This document shows positions 38,224-56,072 of a stretch of DNA of 64,000 nucleotides, one piece after another. The stretch is from the human T2T-CHM13v2.0 reference genome, Homo sapiens: NCBI RefSeq assembly GCF_009914755.1, contig NC_060926.1; one strand, 5' to 3'. A program made the translations under genes and the position numbers. Under the pieces are notes generated by a model. The model made no database searches. It had not been told where the DNA came from and saw only the letters and a program-made list of their open reading frames with translations. Position 1 is the first letter of the stretch. Every line of letters starts with the position of its first letter.

Positions 38224-41200
38224 TAGCTGTTGTAGATGCATTTGTTTATTCAGCAAATATTTAATGAGCCCTGATTACCATTCTAGGGCTGGATACATAA
38301 GCTCTGTGAAAAAGTCCCTGTGCTCAAAGCTTTCATTCTGGAAGATAGACAGATAGCAAAGAAATGCATAAATAATTGAGGTTTTTATTTTAAAATAGCC
38401 AGGCCCAGTGGCTCATACCTGTAATCTCAGCACTTTTGAGAGGCTGAGGCAAGAGGATCACTTGAGGGCAGGAATTCGAGACCAACTGGGGCAACATAGT
38501 GAGACTCTGTCTCTATTTAAAAAAAAAAATTAAAAAACTCAGAAGTTAAAATTAGGGCCAGGTGTAGGGGTTCATGTCTGCAGTCCCAGCACTTTGGGAA
38601 GCTGAGGTGGGAGAATCGCTTGAGCCCAGGAGTTTGAGACTAGCCCTGGCAAGATAGCAAGACCTTATCTCTACAAAAAATAAAAAAGTTAGCTGGGTGC
38701 GGTGGAACACACCAGTAGTTCCAGCTCCTTGGGAGGGTGAGATAGGAGGACCATGAGCCCAGGAGGTCAAACCTTGGTGACCAAGTGACCTGGTCTCAAA
38801 CAAACAAAAAGAAATTAAAATTGTAGGAAAAGGTATACACAGATAAGTCATCTTTGTCTGTTTCCAACCTCATTGGTAGTTTTTAAAAAAATTACCAGCT
38901 TCTTTGTTCATCTTTTTTTTTTTTGAGCCAAGTGTAAGGAAATATAAATATATAATAATTTTAGATAGTGGAGGAATGAAATGGAGGGAATAAAACAAGG
39001 TAATGAAATAGGGAATGATTGGGGTAGGACAATATTAGATAGGATTGACAAGGAAGGCCTTTTTAGTTGAATACTGAGTGAAAGAACTAAGCCAGCCATT
39101 CAAAGATCTGAGTGTTTCAGAGGAAACCACAAAGATCCAGAGGTGGGAACGTTCCTCATGAGAGGAAGAGTGGCTCTGGATAAGGTCAGAGAGTCAGGAA
39201 TCAGATCACATAGTCCTGGAAGCCATCAGATGATCTTAAGCTGTGTTTTAAAAAGAGTACTGTGTTTTGAAAAAGTAGCCACTGTCTGGAAAATAGATGA
39301 TATAGAAGCCAGTAAATCAGCAGTTGAGAGATGATGGTAGCTTGACTAAGGTAATGACAGTGGAAATGGGGAAGAATAGCCAGATTCAAAGACATATATT
39401 TGAAGCTGGAAGGACTTGTTGATGGATTAAGTGGAATTGAAGATCTGCTGAGGTCAGGGTGAAAGCATCATTATGACAGGCATGTCGGGAGTTTCTGTGT
39501 TGTATGGAGGCCTGTCCAGGGACTAAGCTCCTTCTGCCTGAATATTTTTTATTGAAGTCTTCTTTGTGCAATTACAGCTTATTTCTTGGCCCTGACTCTG
39601 AAAGATTAATTGGACAAGAGGGGAATGTGATTGATCTGTTCTTCTCTCACTTTCCCCTAGCATGACTTGGTTAGAATCTGACATTCCCACCTTACTTTCA
39701 AGGAGATTAACAGATAACATGTTCTTTTCTTTTGAATAACAGTGGTTATAGAACCCTTGAGCTTGCCACAGTGCCCTCCTTGTTTCTTTGACTCTAGCCC
39801 TAAAATCCTTATCTCAGCCTCTAGGTTCCTGTTTCTCAGCTGGGTGCTGACAGCAACTGTTTTCTCAGTTGAGGGCACAACAAGGACTTGTGTTTTATTG
39901 GGATGTGAGGTTTTACACAGAATCACATTTAAATAGCATTTTCCCTCTAAGTATTGGAGACCTCCTACCAGCTTGTATGTTGATGGGTCCTAGAGAAAGT
40001 GCTTCCATTAAACTTTATCTGCCAGGCTTGAGTAATATGCCTTCCCTTGAACTCCCCTTGAGCCAGAGTTTACAAATTCACTGGCCATTGAGAGAGGTTG
40101 ATTAATGGGTGCAAATACACATTCAAGATGATGCATTTTTGTTTGGAAATTGCAGAAGTGATGATATATCCTTAAGTGCATCATATCATGAAGCACATAA
40201 TATCATCATTAGTAATAGTACAAATTGACATGGGCCTCATCATAAGATGCAACTAAGGATATATCATCACTTCAGACAAGGCCAAATTGAGTTTCATTCT
40301 TTAGAATAACTGGTCTGTATTCTTCAGAAGTGTCAAGCTCATTAAAGAAAAATAAAGGCTGAGGAACTATTACAGATTAAAGGAGACTAAAAAGATATGA
40401 AGGTGAATACAACTTGTGATCCTGGGCCAGATAAAGGACATTGATGGGACAGTTGGCAATATTTGGATAAGATCTGTGTATTAGATAATAGTAATATAGT
40501 TTATAGTATTATCAATGCTAATTTTTTGAATATAAGAGAATATCCTGGTTTTAGCAAACATTTAGGAAGTTTTTAGGAAGTATTCAGATGCAAAGGGGTA
40601 TCATGTCTGCAACTTATGCTCAAACATTTCAAAAACCAGTTCACACAGAGATATATGTGAGAGAGAATATGAATGAATAATAAAACAAGTGTGGTAAAGT
40701 ATTAACATTTGATGAATCTGGGGAAAGAGTAAACAGGAATTCTTTGTACTATTTTTGTAACTTTTTGCAAGTCTGAGATAATTGCAAAATTAAAAAAAAA
40801 TTTTTTTAAACCTCATTACTACTTAAAGGGAAGTTTGGTTTTCCTCAGACCAGAAGGCAGGTAGCACACCAATCAACTTCAACTTTTCTTTGAAATTATA
40901 CTGGTAGAAATAGATTTTAACAGTGAATGACTCAAGCAAATGGACTTACTTCTTGCTCCATTACCTGAAACAGGCCTACCCTTCCCCCTACTCTTCCTGG
41001 CCTCTGTTAACCACCAATCTGTTCTCTATATTCTGAAATCCACTTTTTTAAACTCCCACTTATGAGTGAGAACATGCCGTATTTGTCTTTCTGTGCTTGG
41101 CTTATTTTACTTTATATAATGACCTCTAGTTCCATACATGTTGCTGCAAATGATGGGAGTTCATTCTTTGTTTATGGCTCCATAATATTCCATTGTGTAT

Positions 41201-41622
41201 ATATACCACATTTCCTTTATTCATAGTCCATTTACATTCAGTGTTGTTATTGATAAGTAAGGACTTACTACTGCCATTTTGCTGCTTGATTTGTGGTTTC
41301 TTTGTAACTCCTCTTTCTTACTGTTTTTGTAGTTTTTTTCTAGTAGTATGGTTTAATTAATTGCTTTTTATTTTTAGTGGATTTATTACAGGTTTTTGTG
41401 GTTATCTGTGGTTATTGTGAGACTTATAAAAAACAGCTTATACTTATTTTATTTTCGTATTTTATTTTTTATTGAGACAGGGTTTCACTCTGTCATCCAG
41501 GCTGGAGTGCAGTGGCGTGATCATGGCTCACTGCAGTCTCGACTTCTTGGGCTCAGGCGATCCTTCTACTTCAGCTCCCCGACTAGCTGGGACCATAGGC
41601 ACATGCCACCACACCCAGCTAA

Positions 41623-41775
<153 letters not shown>

Positions 41776-41820
41776 TGATAACTTTTTTTGTTTGAGACAG
41801 AATCTTGCTGTGTCCCCTAG

Positions 41821-42000
<180 letters not shown>

Positions 42001-42948
42001 TGAACTCCAAAAAATAGAAGTGAACAAATAAAGAACCATAAAAACATTCTACACTTTAACTCTGTCCTCCATGCGTTTTAACTATTTGTGTCTCAATTTA
42101 CATATTTTTTATATTGCCTTTTTTTTTTGGAGACAAAGTCTTACGCTGTCGTCCATGCTGGGGTGTAGTGGCGTGATCTCGGCTCACCGCAACCTCCACC
42201 TCCTGGGTTCAAGCAATTCTCCTGCCTCAGCCTCCCAAGTAGCTGGGATTATAGGCACATGCCACCACACCTGGCTAATTTTTGTATTTTTAGTAGAGAT
42301 GGGGTTTCACCGTGTTGGCCAGGCTGGTCTTGAACTCCTGGCCTCAAGTGGTCTGCCCGCCTCAGCCTCCCAAGGTGCTGGGATTACAGATGTGAGCCAC
42401 CATGCCCAGCCTTATTTGCCTATTTCTTAAGAAGTTGCTGTAGCTATTATTATTTTTGACAAGTTTGTCTTTTGGGCTTCATACTAGAGTTATGATTAGA
42501 TTGCATATCATAATTAGGGTATTAGACTGTTTGAGTTTGTCCATTTACCTAATTTTACTAGTGGATTTTATGCCTTCAAATGTTTTCTTTTTGCATGTTA
42601 ATTTTTTTTTCCCCTTCAAATTGAAGAACTATCTTTAGCATTACTTTTAAGACGGGTCTGGTGGTAGTGAATTCTTTCAGCTTTTGTTTATCTGGGAAAG
42701 ACTATCTCTCATATTTGAAGGGTAGTTTTGCTGGATACAGTATTCTTGGAGGGTAGTTTTTTTCAGCAGTTTGAAATGTTTCACTCTCTCACTTGGATAA
42801 TTTCCGAGGAGAATTTTGTTGCCAGATGAATTGGAGCTCCCTTATATGTATTTGCTTCTTTTCTCTTGCTCCTTTTAAAATATTGTTTGCCCTTGAACCT
42901 TGAGAGGTTTAATTATTATATGCCTAGGGGTAGTCTTATTTGGGTTGA

Positions 42949-43329
<381 letters not shown>

Positions 43330-43352
43330 TGAAATTTCTTATAGACCAGTAA

Positions 43353-43493
<141 letters not shown>

Positions 43494-43824
43494 TAGCTGG
43501 GATTACAGGTGTGCACCACCATGCTGGCTAATTTTTGTACTTTTAATAGAGATGGGGTTTCACCATGTTGGTCAGGCAGGTCTCAAGCTCCAGACCTCAA
43601 ATGATCCACCCACCTCGGCCTCCCAAAGTGCTGGGATTACAGGTGTGAGCCACTGTGCCCAGACTGCTAATTTCTTTTAGTAAGCCACCCCTGTAGCTTG
43701 TTTAGCTCCCTCTTGAATACCAGTAATTGTTAGATTTGGTCTTTTGAGGTAGTTTTCTGTATCTTATAGGTTATCTTTGTTGCTTTTCATTCTGTTTTCT
43801 TTTTTCTCCTTTGTGTATTTTCAG

Positions 43825-43903
43825 ATAGACTGTCTTCAAGCTCACTGATATTTTCCTCTGCTTGATCCATTGTGCTGTTGAGAGCCTCTAGTAAATTTTT
43901 CAG
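43825..43903 (+). other. TTLL4: Probable TTLL4 non-coding exon 2 (79 nt) inside an antisense L1
   Basis: Long pyrimidine tract ending tttcag|ATAGAC ... TTTCAG|gtaagc. Confidence 0.7.
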
Positions 43904-44105
43904 GTAAGCAAATTTATTTCTCAGTTCTAAGATTTGTTTTAAAAATTATTATTAACAATCTCTTTGTTAAATTTCTCTGATAAATTTCTGAATTTGCTTT
44001 TCTGTGTTATCTTGGAGATCACCAAGTTTCCTTATAACTGCTATTTTGTTTGGGAGGCCAAGGGGGGTGGATCACAAGGTCAGGAGATCGAGATCATCCT
44101 GGCTA

Positions 44106-44327
<222 letters not shown>

Positions 44328-44642
44328 CTATTCTGAGTTCCTGGTTAGAGAGCTCATGTATTACTGCCTCATTAGAGTTAGTCACTGTTTTCTTGCTTTG
44401 TCCATTTCTTGCTTTGTCATAGTTCTCTGTTTGCTGTTATTTCTTGTGGATATATGTGTATGTCTTTACACTGAAGGATTATTTATTCCAGTCTTCTCTG
44501 TCTGGCTTGTTATTGGATATGTTTGTTTAGAGATTTTTTGTAACTTAACCTGTTGACTTATCTTTTTTTTAAATCACTAGGTCACTACCTCTTTTTCAAC
44601 ACTAGATGGCATCTTGGCCCCAGGTTTGTCTTGGCTTTAGCG

Positions 44643-45156
44643 CAGTGTTCCCCAACCTTTTTGGCCCCAGAGACCAGTTTTGTGGAAGACAATTTTTCCA
44701 CTGACTGGGGTGGGTGGGTGGGGGAGGCGATGGTTTGGGGATGATTCAAGCACATTAAATTTTTTGTGCACTCTATTTCTGTAAATACATTGTAATATAT
44801 AATGAAATAATTATATAACTCACCATAATGTAGAATCAGTGGGAGCCCTGGGCTTGTTTTCCTGAAACTAGATGGTCCCATCTGGGGGTGATGGAAGATA
44901 GTGACAGATCATCAGGCATTAGATTCTCATAAGAAGCATGCAACCTAGATCCCTTACATGGGCAGTTCATAATAGGGTGAGCGCTCCTATGAGAATCTAA
45001 TGTTGCCGCTGAGCCTATAGGAGGTGGATCTCAGGTGGTAATGCTTACCTAAGTGGTAATGCCCGCTTGCCCAATGCTCAGCTCCTGCTGTGTGGCCTGG
45101 TTTCCTAACAGGCCATGGACCAGTACCAATCTGTGGCCCAAGAGTTGGGGACCCTG
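44643..45156. mobile_element. MER1A (hAT-Charlie MITE)
   Basis: Ends cagtgttccccaac / gttggggaccctg, ~514 bp, degenerate 8-bp TSD ctttagcg/ctttggag. Confidence 0.85.
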
Positions 45157-45450
45157 CTTTGGAGCACTGCCCTTCGCAAATGGAGGAGGTCCCAAATGGT
45201 AGAGGTCCCAAAAGGAATATCCTGGCAATGTGGGAAGGCTGACTAGGGATTTGTGCCCAGGAGACCTGTAGAACATACCTCCTATAGAGAGAAGTGCTGC
45301 TGAACAGCCACTCTGATTTGGTATCTCCTTTGGCTGAGTTACAGAGCAGAGAGTCCAGGGCTGAATATGGTAGTCCCACCTTGCTTTGTTTCTGTCTGTC
45401 TTTAGGGATGTTTCTCTCTTCAGGCACTCTTGATGCTTTCTGTGGGTTGA

Positions 45451-45726
<276 letters not shown>

Positions 45727-46306
45727 TGATCCGTCTGCCTCGGCCTCCCAAAGTGCTGGGATTACAGACGTGAGCCACTGCGCCCAACCTGGTTGTCTAT
45801 CTTGATATCACTTTTTCCACTTTAGAAATTGTGAGTTGGGGGCAGGTTTTCTATGTCCTTGGTCCCAGGAAGATTGAGGGAGGGGATGCTGCAGATGTGG
45901 AAGTCCAGTTTTCTTACCACCTTGTCAGAATTTTTTCCCTTCTCTGTGGTCCCAGGAACGGTCTCCTCTTCATACTTGAGTTCTGGGATTTTACTGGTGA
46001 TAATCTTGGTGCTGTGTATTTGTGTTTGGTTTTCTGTGAGGAAGAGTGAAGCCAGCTTGCTTCTACACTGCCATTTTGGAACCAGAAGTCCCTATTCTTA
46101 GATACTTTATTCTTTTTGGTGCTGTTGTGAATGGAATTGTGTATTTCATTTTTACATGTTGTTTGTTTGTTGCTAGTATGTAGAACTAAAACTAACTTTC
46201 GTGTATTGATTGTGTATTCTGTGACCTTACTAAACTTGGTTATTAGTTCTAGTAGGATTTTTTATTTGATAAATGTTTTAGGATTTTCTTTTCTCTCTCT
46301 TTTTAA

Positions 46307-46462
<156 letters not shown>

Positions 46463-46760
46463 TAATTTTTAAAATTTTTTGTAGAGATAATGTCTCCCTA
46501 TATTGCTCAGGCTGTTCTCAAACTCATGGTCTTAAGTGATCCTTCTATTTCATCTTCCTAAAGTATTGGGATTACAGGCGTGAGCCAATGTGCCCAGCCA
46601 GGATTTTCTATGTACAAGATCATATGTCCTACAAATAATGACAGTTTTACTTCTTCCTTTCCAATCTGTGTATCTTTGATTTCTTTTTCTTGCCATGTCA
46701 AACTGCTTAGAATTTCTAGTATAGGGTCTAATAGAAATGGAGGTTAGGCATGGTGGCTCA

Positions 46761-47162
<402 letters not shown>

Positions 47163-47774
47163 CTATTAAGTATGATGTTAGCTGTATCTATGGTCTTTTG
47201 ACATGTCTCTATCAAATTTTGACCACTTCCTTACTTTTTGGCAGCACAAAATATTCCATTCCCATCTCCTGCTCTCCCTGCCCCAACCTTGGAATCAGCC
47301 ATTTTTCAAGGAGCTCTGGCTGCTTTTATTAACAGATAGTATTTAAAATACTATCTGTTACAGGTGTGCACCACCATGCCGGGTGTGGTGGCTCATGCCT
47401 ATAATCCCAGAGCTTTGGGAGGCCAAGGCAGGAGGATCATTTGAGGACAGAGTTTGAGACCAGCCTGGGCAACATAGTGGAACTCTATTGCTATAAAAAT
47501 AAAATAAAGTAAAAAATTAGCTAGGCATGGTGGTGTATACTGGTAGTCCTAGCTACTCAGGAGACTGAGGTGGGCAGATGGTTTGAGCCCAGGAGTCCTA
47601 GGCTGCAGTGAGTTATGACTACACCGCTGCACTCCAGCCTTGGTGACAGAGGGAGACCTTGTCTAAAAAAAAAAAAAGAATTGGCTGGGCACGGTGGCTC
47701 ACACCTGTAATCCCAGCACTTTGAGAGGCCGAGGTGGGTGGATCACTTGAGGTCAGGAGTTCGAGGCCAGCCTA

Positions 47775-47981
<207 letters not shown>

Positions 47982-49765
47982 TCACAAAAGCTCCCAAATA
48001 ACAAGACGGTTCTGTTTTACAAAAGAACATTGCTTGTCCTCGCTGAAGTTTTGTAGTGGAATAATTGTTGCCTATTCCTTGTATTTTTCTGCCTTCATCA
48101 CAGCTTATGAAGGGGCAGAGGGGAGATAGATCATTTGGTGCCAGTGAGAATGAGAGTTGTAACTACCTTGCTGCAAACGTTTACTGGGAGCCACTGTGCT
48201 TTTTGTGTGCTTTATGCGAATTTTTAAACTTCACCTCCCACAACTTCAGTCGGGGTATGGTACTTCCTTTCTCTTGTCTTTCCCTGAACATTCCAGCTGT
48301 GCGGTTTCAGAGTTGCATGTGATTCACTACTGATCAGTGCTCTGATTGTCATGAGTCACCACAAGGCCGTAGCTGCTCATGCAGCCTGGCTGTGAGGAGG
48401 ACCTAGATTGAGGAATTTAGCTACAGAAATAGGCTTGTTTTCTTCTAAACTTGAACTCTGCCTGCTATAGCTTAGTGTTTATACCCTGTTTGCCCCTTAA
48501 GCCCTCCTGTTCCCTAGGGATCCTGTGTAGGAACAAGAAACACATTAGATCATTGCTCCATAAAATGTTAGATTATTCAAAATATCATTTTTCAGGTGAG
48601 GTCAATTTATTGGCCCCTAAAGTAAGTTCCTTGCAAGCTGCTGATTGGAGGGTCAGCTGATGGTAGATCCTTTGGACTTAGTAACAGAGAGTAAGTATGA
48701 ATGTCTTGAGCTATCTTTAAGTAGTATAAATATGTAGTTAATCCTTTATAATTTACATAGTCAGCAATTACTCTTTATAAGTTTAGATTTGTTTAAGTTG
48801 GGAGTTTTTGAAATGGGCTTCCAGTAGTAGCCAGTACATAGCCTTCTACATATGTAAATACCTTTTCTCCTGTTGTCTTTCTTTTGATGTTTCTTCCTAA
48901 AATACTTCCTGGGAGATGAGCAGTCTGCCTTTTGGATCCTAGAGGCGCACATATACACAAAGTGTGCATTATCACAGTACACTTAGAAATATAAGGGACA
49001 CTGGGAGAAAGGTCTTCCAGGTGTCATCGTAGGAGGGCAGAGTATATCACAGGGAATGGGCTTGATGACTTTGCTGAAAATTGCCCTTCGAGTATGTGCT
49101 GTCGGTAGGGTCTGGGTGCCAGACATTATTTGCCTCTCTGGACTTTGACTTTATGGCAGAACTCACTATGTTAGCTTTTAAAACAAGGTTCTCACTTCCT
49201 TCACTTCTTAGATTTTGGGTCTTCAGAAGCTTTTTAAAGTTTGTCACTTGCATTCCTGTAGGGCAGTGGGCAGGATGCGGGAAAAGATGACCTGTGGCAG
49301 TGATTGGGGGTCTGGGACCCAAGCTGCCTGAATGCTTTAGTTAGGCCTCTGCCTCCCAACCATTTGAGGTTTTGATCTCATCAGGAATCTCTATAAGGAG
49401 AAGGAAGGAAGTTGTTTTTAGCAACCATCATTTCCCTGTCTTAACGTGACACTACTTCTGAACCTCAAACACTGAAACTAGGTTGGAGCATTTGTATGTG
49501 ATACTGTCGTGAGTGATACTGTTTACTTGGCATTCTTGAAGTTACTCTCTGCAGAGTATCTGATGCAACAAATTTGTCTTTGCTTGGTAATTCCTAACAC
49601 AGCCATCTTATCCAACCTTGGATATCTCTTACTAACTTTGGAGCTATTTCCCAGAAAGAGAGTTACAGAAACATCCTCTCACCTGCTTGGCCCTTGAGTC
49701 CAGACATATTTCTTTAGGAAGACAGTGGCCCTTATCCAACTTGCTATACTACACATCATGGGGAC

Positions 49766-50122
49766 TGTATTAGTTCGTTCTCGTACTGCTATAAAGAAAT
49801 ACCTGAGACTGGGTGATTTATAAAGAAAAGAGGTTTAATTGGCTCATGGTTCTGCAGGCTGTATGGGTAGCATGGCTGCGGAGGCCTCAGGAAACATTCA
49901 GTTGTGGCGGAAGGGGAAGCAGGCACGTCTTCACATGGCCAGAGCAGGAGAGAGAGAAAGCAGGGTGGTGCTACACACTTTTAAACAACCAGATCTCATG
50001 AGAACTCACTATCATGAGAACAGCAAGGGGGAAATCCGCCTCCATGATCCAGTCACCTCCTCCAACATTGGGGATTACAACTCAACATGAGATTTGGTGG
50101 GGACACAAATGCAAACCATATA
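49766..50122. mobile_element. MaLR MST-type solo LTR
   Basis: tgtattagttcgttctc...aaaccatata flanked by 5-bp TSD gggac. Confidence 0.9.
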
Positions 50123-51832
50123 GGGACTATGAGAGGAGACAAGAAGTGGGAAATGACCATTGCAGAGATATGAGATCTGGAATACCTTAGAGAGAAGAGA
50201 ATCCACTCTACTCTAGTACCTGCCCAGGTGTGTTGTTTAACACTTTGTCTGGGAGCAGGCCACCTGCAGCTTCTGAGGAGGGTAGGCATGTATCCTTGTC
50301 CTCCCTCTTCCTCTTTTGGATTAAAAGCCAAGCCAGCTGGGTGTTGGGCTATTTGTGTTCATGTGCTTGGCACTGAGGGTTCATGTGGTGGGATGTAGCA
50401 AGGCAAACATTGAGCAATGTGTGTGCAAAAGGAAGTGTTGTGCAGTGAGTGCCTGTGGCTACAAGGGAGAGTGGGATTGGCTGTGGTGTTGATGAGAAGT
50501 CAGTGATGTGCTTTTAGGGACTTTCCACAAAGGGCCTTGGTATAAACATGGAGGAGTGTTTCCAACCTGGCTTTTGTCTGGTACCTAAAGATTAAAGATA
50601 ATGGAGGGGATGGAGTCTAAATATGTGTTTCATTCTGTTTAATAGGCATTGTAGACTCAGACAGATTTGAGTTTTAATCTAGGCACTGCTACTTATTGGT
50701 TATTTAATTATAGGAAAGTTACTTAACTTTTCTGAGTCTTGGATTCATCATCAGTAAACTGAATGTAAGGTTTTTTTTAGGATTAAATGAGATAATATGG
50801 ATAAAATGCCTAGCATGGTACCAGACATTCATTAGGTGCCCAAACTAGTATTCAAGTTTGTTTCCCCTTCATTTACTGTGCTTTTCCAGTTTGTTTACTC
50901 AACAGAATATTGAGCACTTCCTGTGTATCAGTCACTGTGTTGGGGACATCAGCTGGAGGAGAATGTGCTCCTTGCTCCTAGTGTGATGAGTTAGTTCATT
51001 GTTGAAGCTAATGTTCTGTGAGCAGTGATGGTGGCATGCGCAGAGGTGAGGCATCCTGTTCAAACTCAGGAGTCAGGGAAGACTGCCTAGGTCATGTTGC
51101 AGCTGATTTTTTAAGTTGGGTGAAGAAGAAGAAAGGGCTCCAGGAACAGCACTTGTAAGGGAATGAAGAGCTGAGCTAGCATGATGCACGTGGGAATCAA
51201 TAGTGGGGCTGTTTTTCAGGGGGACCAGCCTGAGTTTTCATTTCCCTAGGCATTCTCCTACCACTTTGGTATGTCTGTTGTGTTGCATTGGTGGGGAAAA
51301 TGTGGCTTCCCGAAAGAGGATTAAGTGACGGGATTATGAATTATTTTGAGTGTACTTAATACACATGCATGCGTGCTTGTAGTCTCGTAAAGTGAATGGC
51401 AGGATTTGACTTTTCCCTTTGTCTCTATGCTTCTCTACCACAAACACACGCTGTAATTGTTCCAAGCACGGTATTTCCATAGTTTGGATTTGTGTGGTGG
51501 TCCATTTTCTGTAACCTCATTTTGAGGTGACTGGCCTCAAAATCCAGTTTTAGCATTTATGCTGTTTTTAGCTCATTATCATTTTGAATATTGGCAGTGC
51601 TGCATTGTGATTTTTTGTACTCCCCTTGAGAAAGAGTCCATGTAGGTCAGCCTTTGCAGGTAAAGAGGGCGATATCCCATGGCTTCTGCAGTGTTTGTTG
51701 GTGGTATTCATTCGTGGCTGTAGACAGGAATCTTAGTTCTTCCTTGGCCATTACACTGTTAATCAGAATACAAGGTACTCTCCCCATTTTTGCATTTTAA
51801 ATATAACTTAAGCGAAAAAACCATCTCTCCTA

Positions 51833-53667
<1,835 letters not shown>

Positions 53668-54230
53668 CAAATAATCTTTAATCTTTCAGAATTGATTTAT
53701 GAGAAGGAAGATACTGAGTCCTCTCTCTCACTTCAGATTTGCTTTATTCCTAGCCACACTGGTTTTGGGTGAGGGAAGGTAGCCCCTCATGGAAAGTTGT
53801 GGGCGGTGAGACAGAAAGATGTATTTTTTGTTGGAGAGAGAGGAAAGCTTTCTGAGTGACAGAGTGGGGACTCATAAGCAGCTTCACAGTGGTGGTGGCA
53901 CCTCAGTGTTTTAGTCCGTAATGAAGCCAGCTTTGATCCTATGAGGGCAGTAGGAAGATCATTGAAAACTCCCTGGAAATCTGGTGTTCTTCTCCCAGTG
54001 CCCCAAATGACGACCAAGACTGGTTGCCCAAAAATGCTGAAGTGGGACTGTACTGCTTACCTGAGGACCACTGTAGCATGGTGTCCGTTCTCCTGGCACT
54101 GTAACATTTCCTATCATTTCTCTCCACTTCAGACTGACAGACTTCAAGGATGCAGCTGCTACTACCGGAGGTGTGTGGCACCTTACCTCAGCAAGGCCAT
54201 GAGACCGTGTGGCCATGATGTGGGCCCCTC

Positions 54231-55717
54231 ATGGCCTCAGCAGGAACACAGCACTATAGTATTGGCCTCCGCCAGAAAAACAGCTTCAAGCAGAGTGGTC
54301 CCTCAGGCACAGTACCTGCCACGCCACCTGAGAAACCCTCGGAGGGCAGAGTCTGGCCTCAGGCCCATCAGCAAGTGAAGCCAATCTGGAAGCTGGAAAA
54401 GAAGCAAGTGGAGACACTGTCAGCAGGGTTGGGCCCAGGCCTCTTGGGCGTCCCACCCCAGCCAGCATATTTCTTTTGCCCCAGCACTTTATGTAGCTCT
54501 GGGACCACGGCTGTCATTGCAGGCCACAGCAGTTCCTGTTACCTACACTCTCTCCCGGACTTGTTCAACAGCACCCTGCTATACCGCCGCTCCAGCTATA
54601 GGCAAAAACCGTACCAGCAACTGGAGTCTTTCTGCTTGCGTTCGAGCCCGTCAGAAAAAAGCCCTTTTTCTCTCCCTCAAAAGAGCCTCCCTGTCAGTCT
54701 CACTGCCAACAAGGCCACTTCTTCCATGGTCTTCTCCATGGCCCAGCCCATGGCCTCCTCATCCACAGAACCATACCTCTGCTTGGCAGCGGCTGGGGAA
54801 AACCCTTCAGGGAAGAGCCTGGCCTCTGCCATCTCAGGGAAGATCCCATCTCCACTCTCTTCCTCCTATAAGCCCATGCTGAATAATAATTCCTTCATGT
54901 GGCCAAATAGCACGCCAGTGCCTTTATTGCAGACCACACAGGGCCTGAAGCCAGTATCGCCACCCAAGATCCAGCCTGTCTCCTGGCATCATTCAGGGGG
55001 TACTGGAGACTGTGCACCGCAGCCTGTTGACCATAAGGTGCCCAAAAGCATTGGCACTGTCCCAGCTGATGCCAGTGCCCATATCGCCTTGTCTACCGCT
55101 AGCTCCCACGACACATCCACCACCAGTGTTGCCTCTTCCTGGTATAACCGGAATAACTTAGCCATGAGGGCAGAGCCACTTTCCTGTGCTCTGGATGACA
55201 GCTCTGATTCCCAGGATCCAACTAAGGAGATTCGGTTCACTGAGGCCGTGAGGAAATTGACCGCAAGAGGCTTTGAGAAGATGCCGAGGCAAGGCTGCCA
55301 GCTTGAACAGTCTAGTTTCCTGAACCCCAGCTTCCAGTGGAATGTCCTCAACAGGAGCAGGCGGTGGAAACCTCCTGCGGTAAATCAGCAGTTTCCTCAG
55401 GAGGATGCTGGATCGGTCAGGCGGGTCCTCCCTGGTGCCTCAGATACCTTGGGGTTGGACAATACAGTCTTCTGTACCAAGCGTATCAGCATTCACCTCC
55501 TTGCCTCACATGCCAGTGGGCTCAATCACAACCCTGCCTGTGAATCTGTAATTGACTCCTCAGCATTTGGAGAAGGCAAAGCTCCAGGTCCCCCTTTTCC
55601 TCAAACTCTTGGCATAGCCAACGTGGCCACCCGCCTCTCTTCCATCCAGCTGGGCCAGTCTGAGAAGGAGAGACCTGAGGAGGCCAGGGAGCTGGACTCA
55701 TCTGATAGGGATATTAG
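54231..55717 (+). CDS. TTLL4: TTLL4 first coding exon (exon starts at 54133), Ser/Pro-rich N-terminus
   Basis: ORF MASAGTQHYSIGLRQKNSFK...; donor ATTAG|gtatgt; 1487 coding nt. Confidence 0.96.
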
Positions 55718-55853
55718 GTATGTTGGCAATGTTTTTGGTTCATTTAGAGCAGTAGAATGTATATACCATAATTTGGGGTGGCACCGACCCTGTACCTCTG
55801 AAGGTTGGTTTTATTTTTTAGCTGCCCTAGAATTTTTGGTTTTCACTTCAGGG

Positions 55854-56072
55854 CAAGGGTTGGGAAACTATAGCTTGCAGACCAAATCTTGCTTGTTGCC
55901 TGCTTTTGTAAATAAAGTTTTGTTGGAATGCAGCCTTGTCCATTCATTTGCAGTTGTCTGTGGCTGCTTTCTTGTTACGATGGTAGAGCTGAGTAGTTGT
56001 GATAAACCGACTGGCCTGCAAACAAAAATATTTACTCTCTGGTCCTTTAGAGAAAGAGTTCGCCAACCCCTA
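55854..56072. mobile_element. MER58A-like hAT MITE
   Basis: Termini caagggttgggaaact / gttcgccaaccccta, ~220 bp. Confidence 0.8.

Noticed and set aside
48340-48360. AP-1 motif TGAGTCA in unique intronic DNA as an enhancer
   Set aside because: A single 7-mer is expected by chance several times in 64 kb; chromatin data needed
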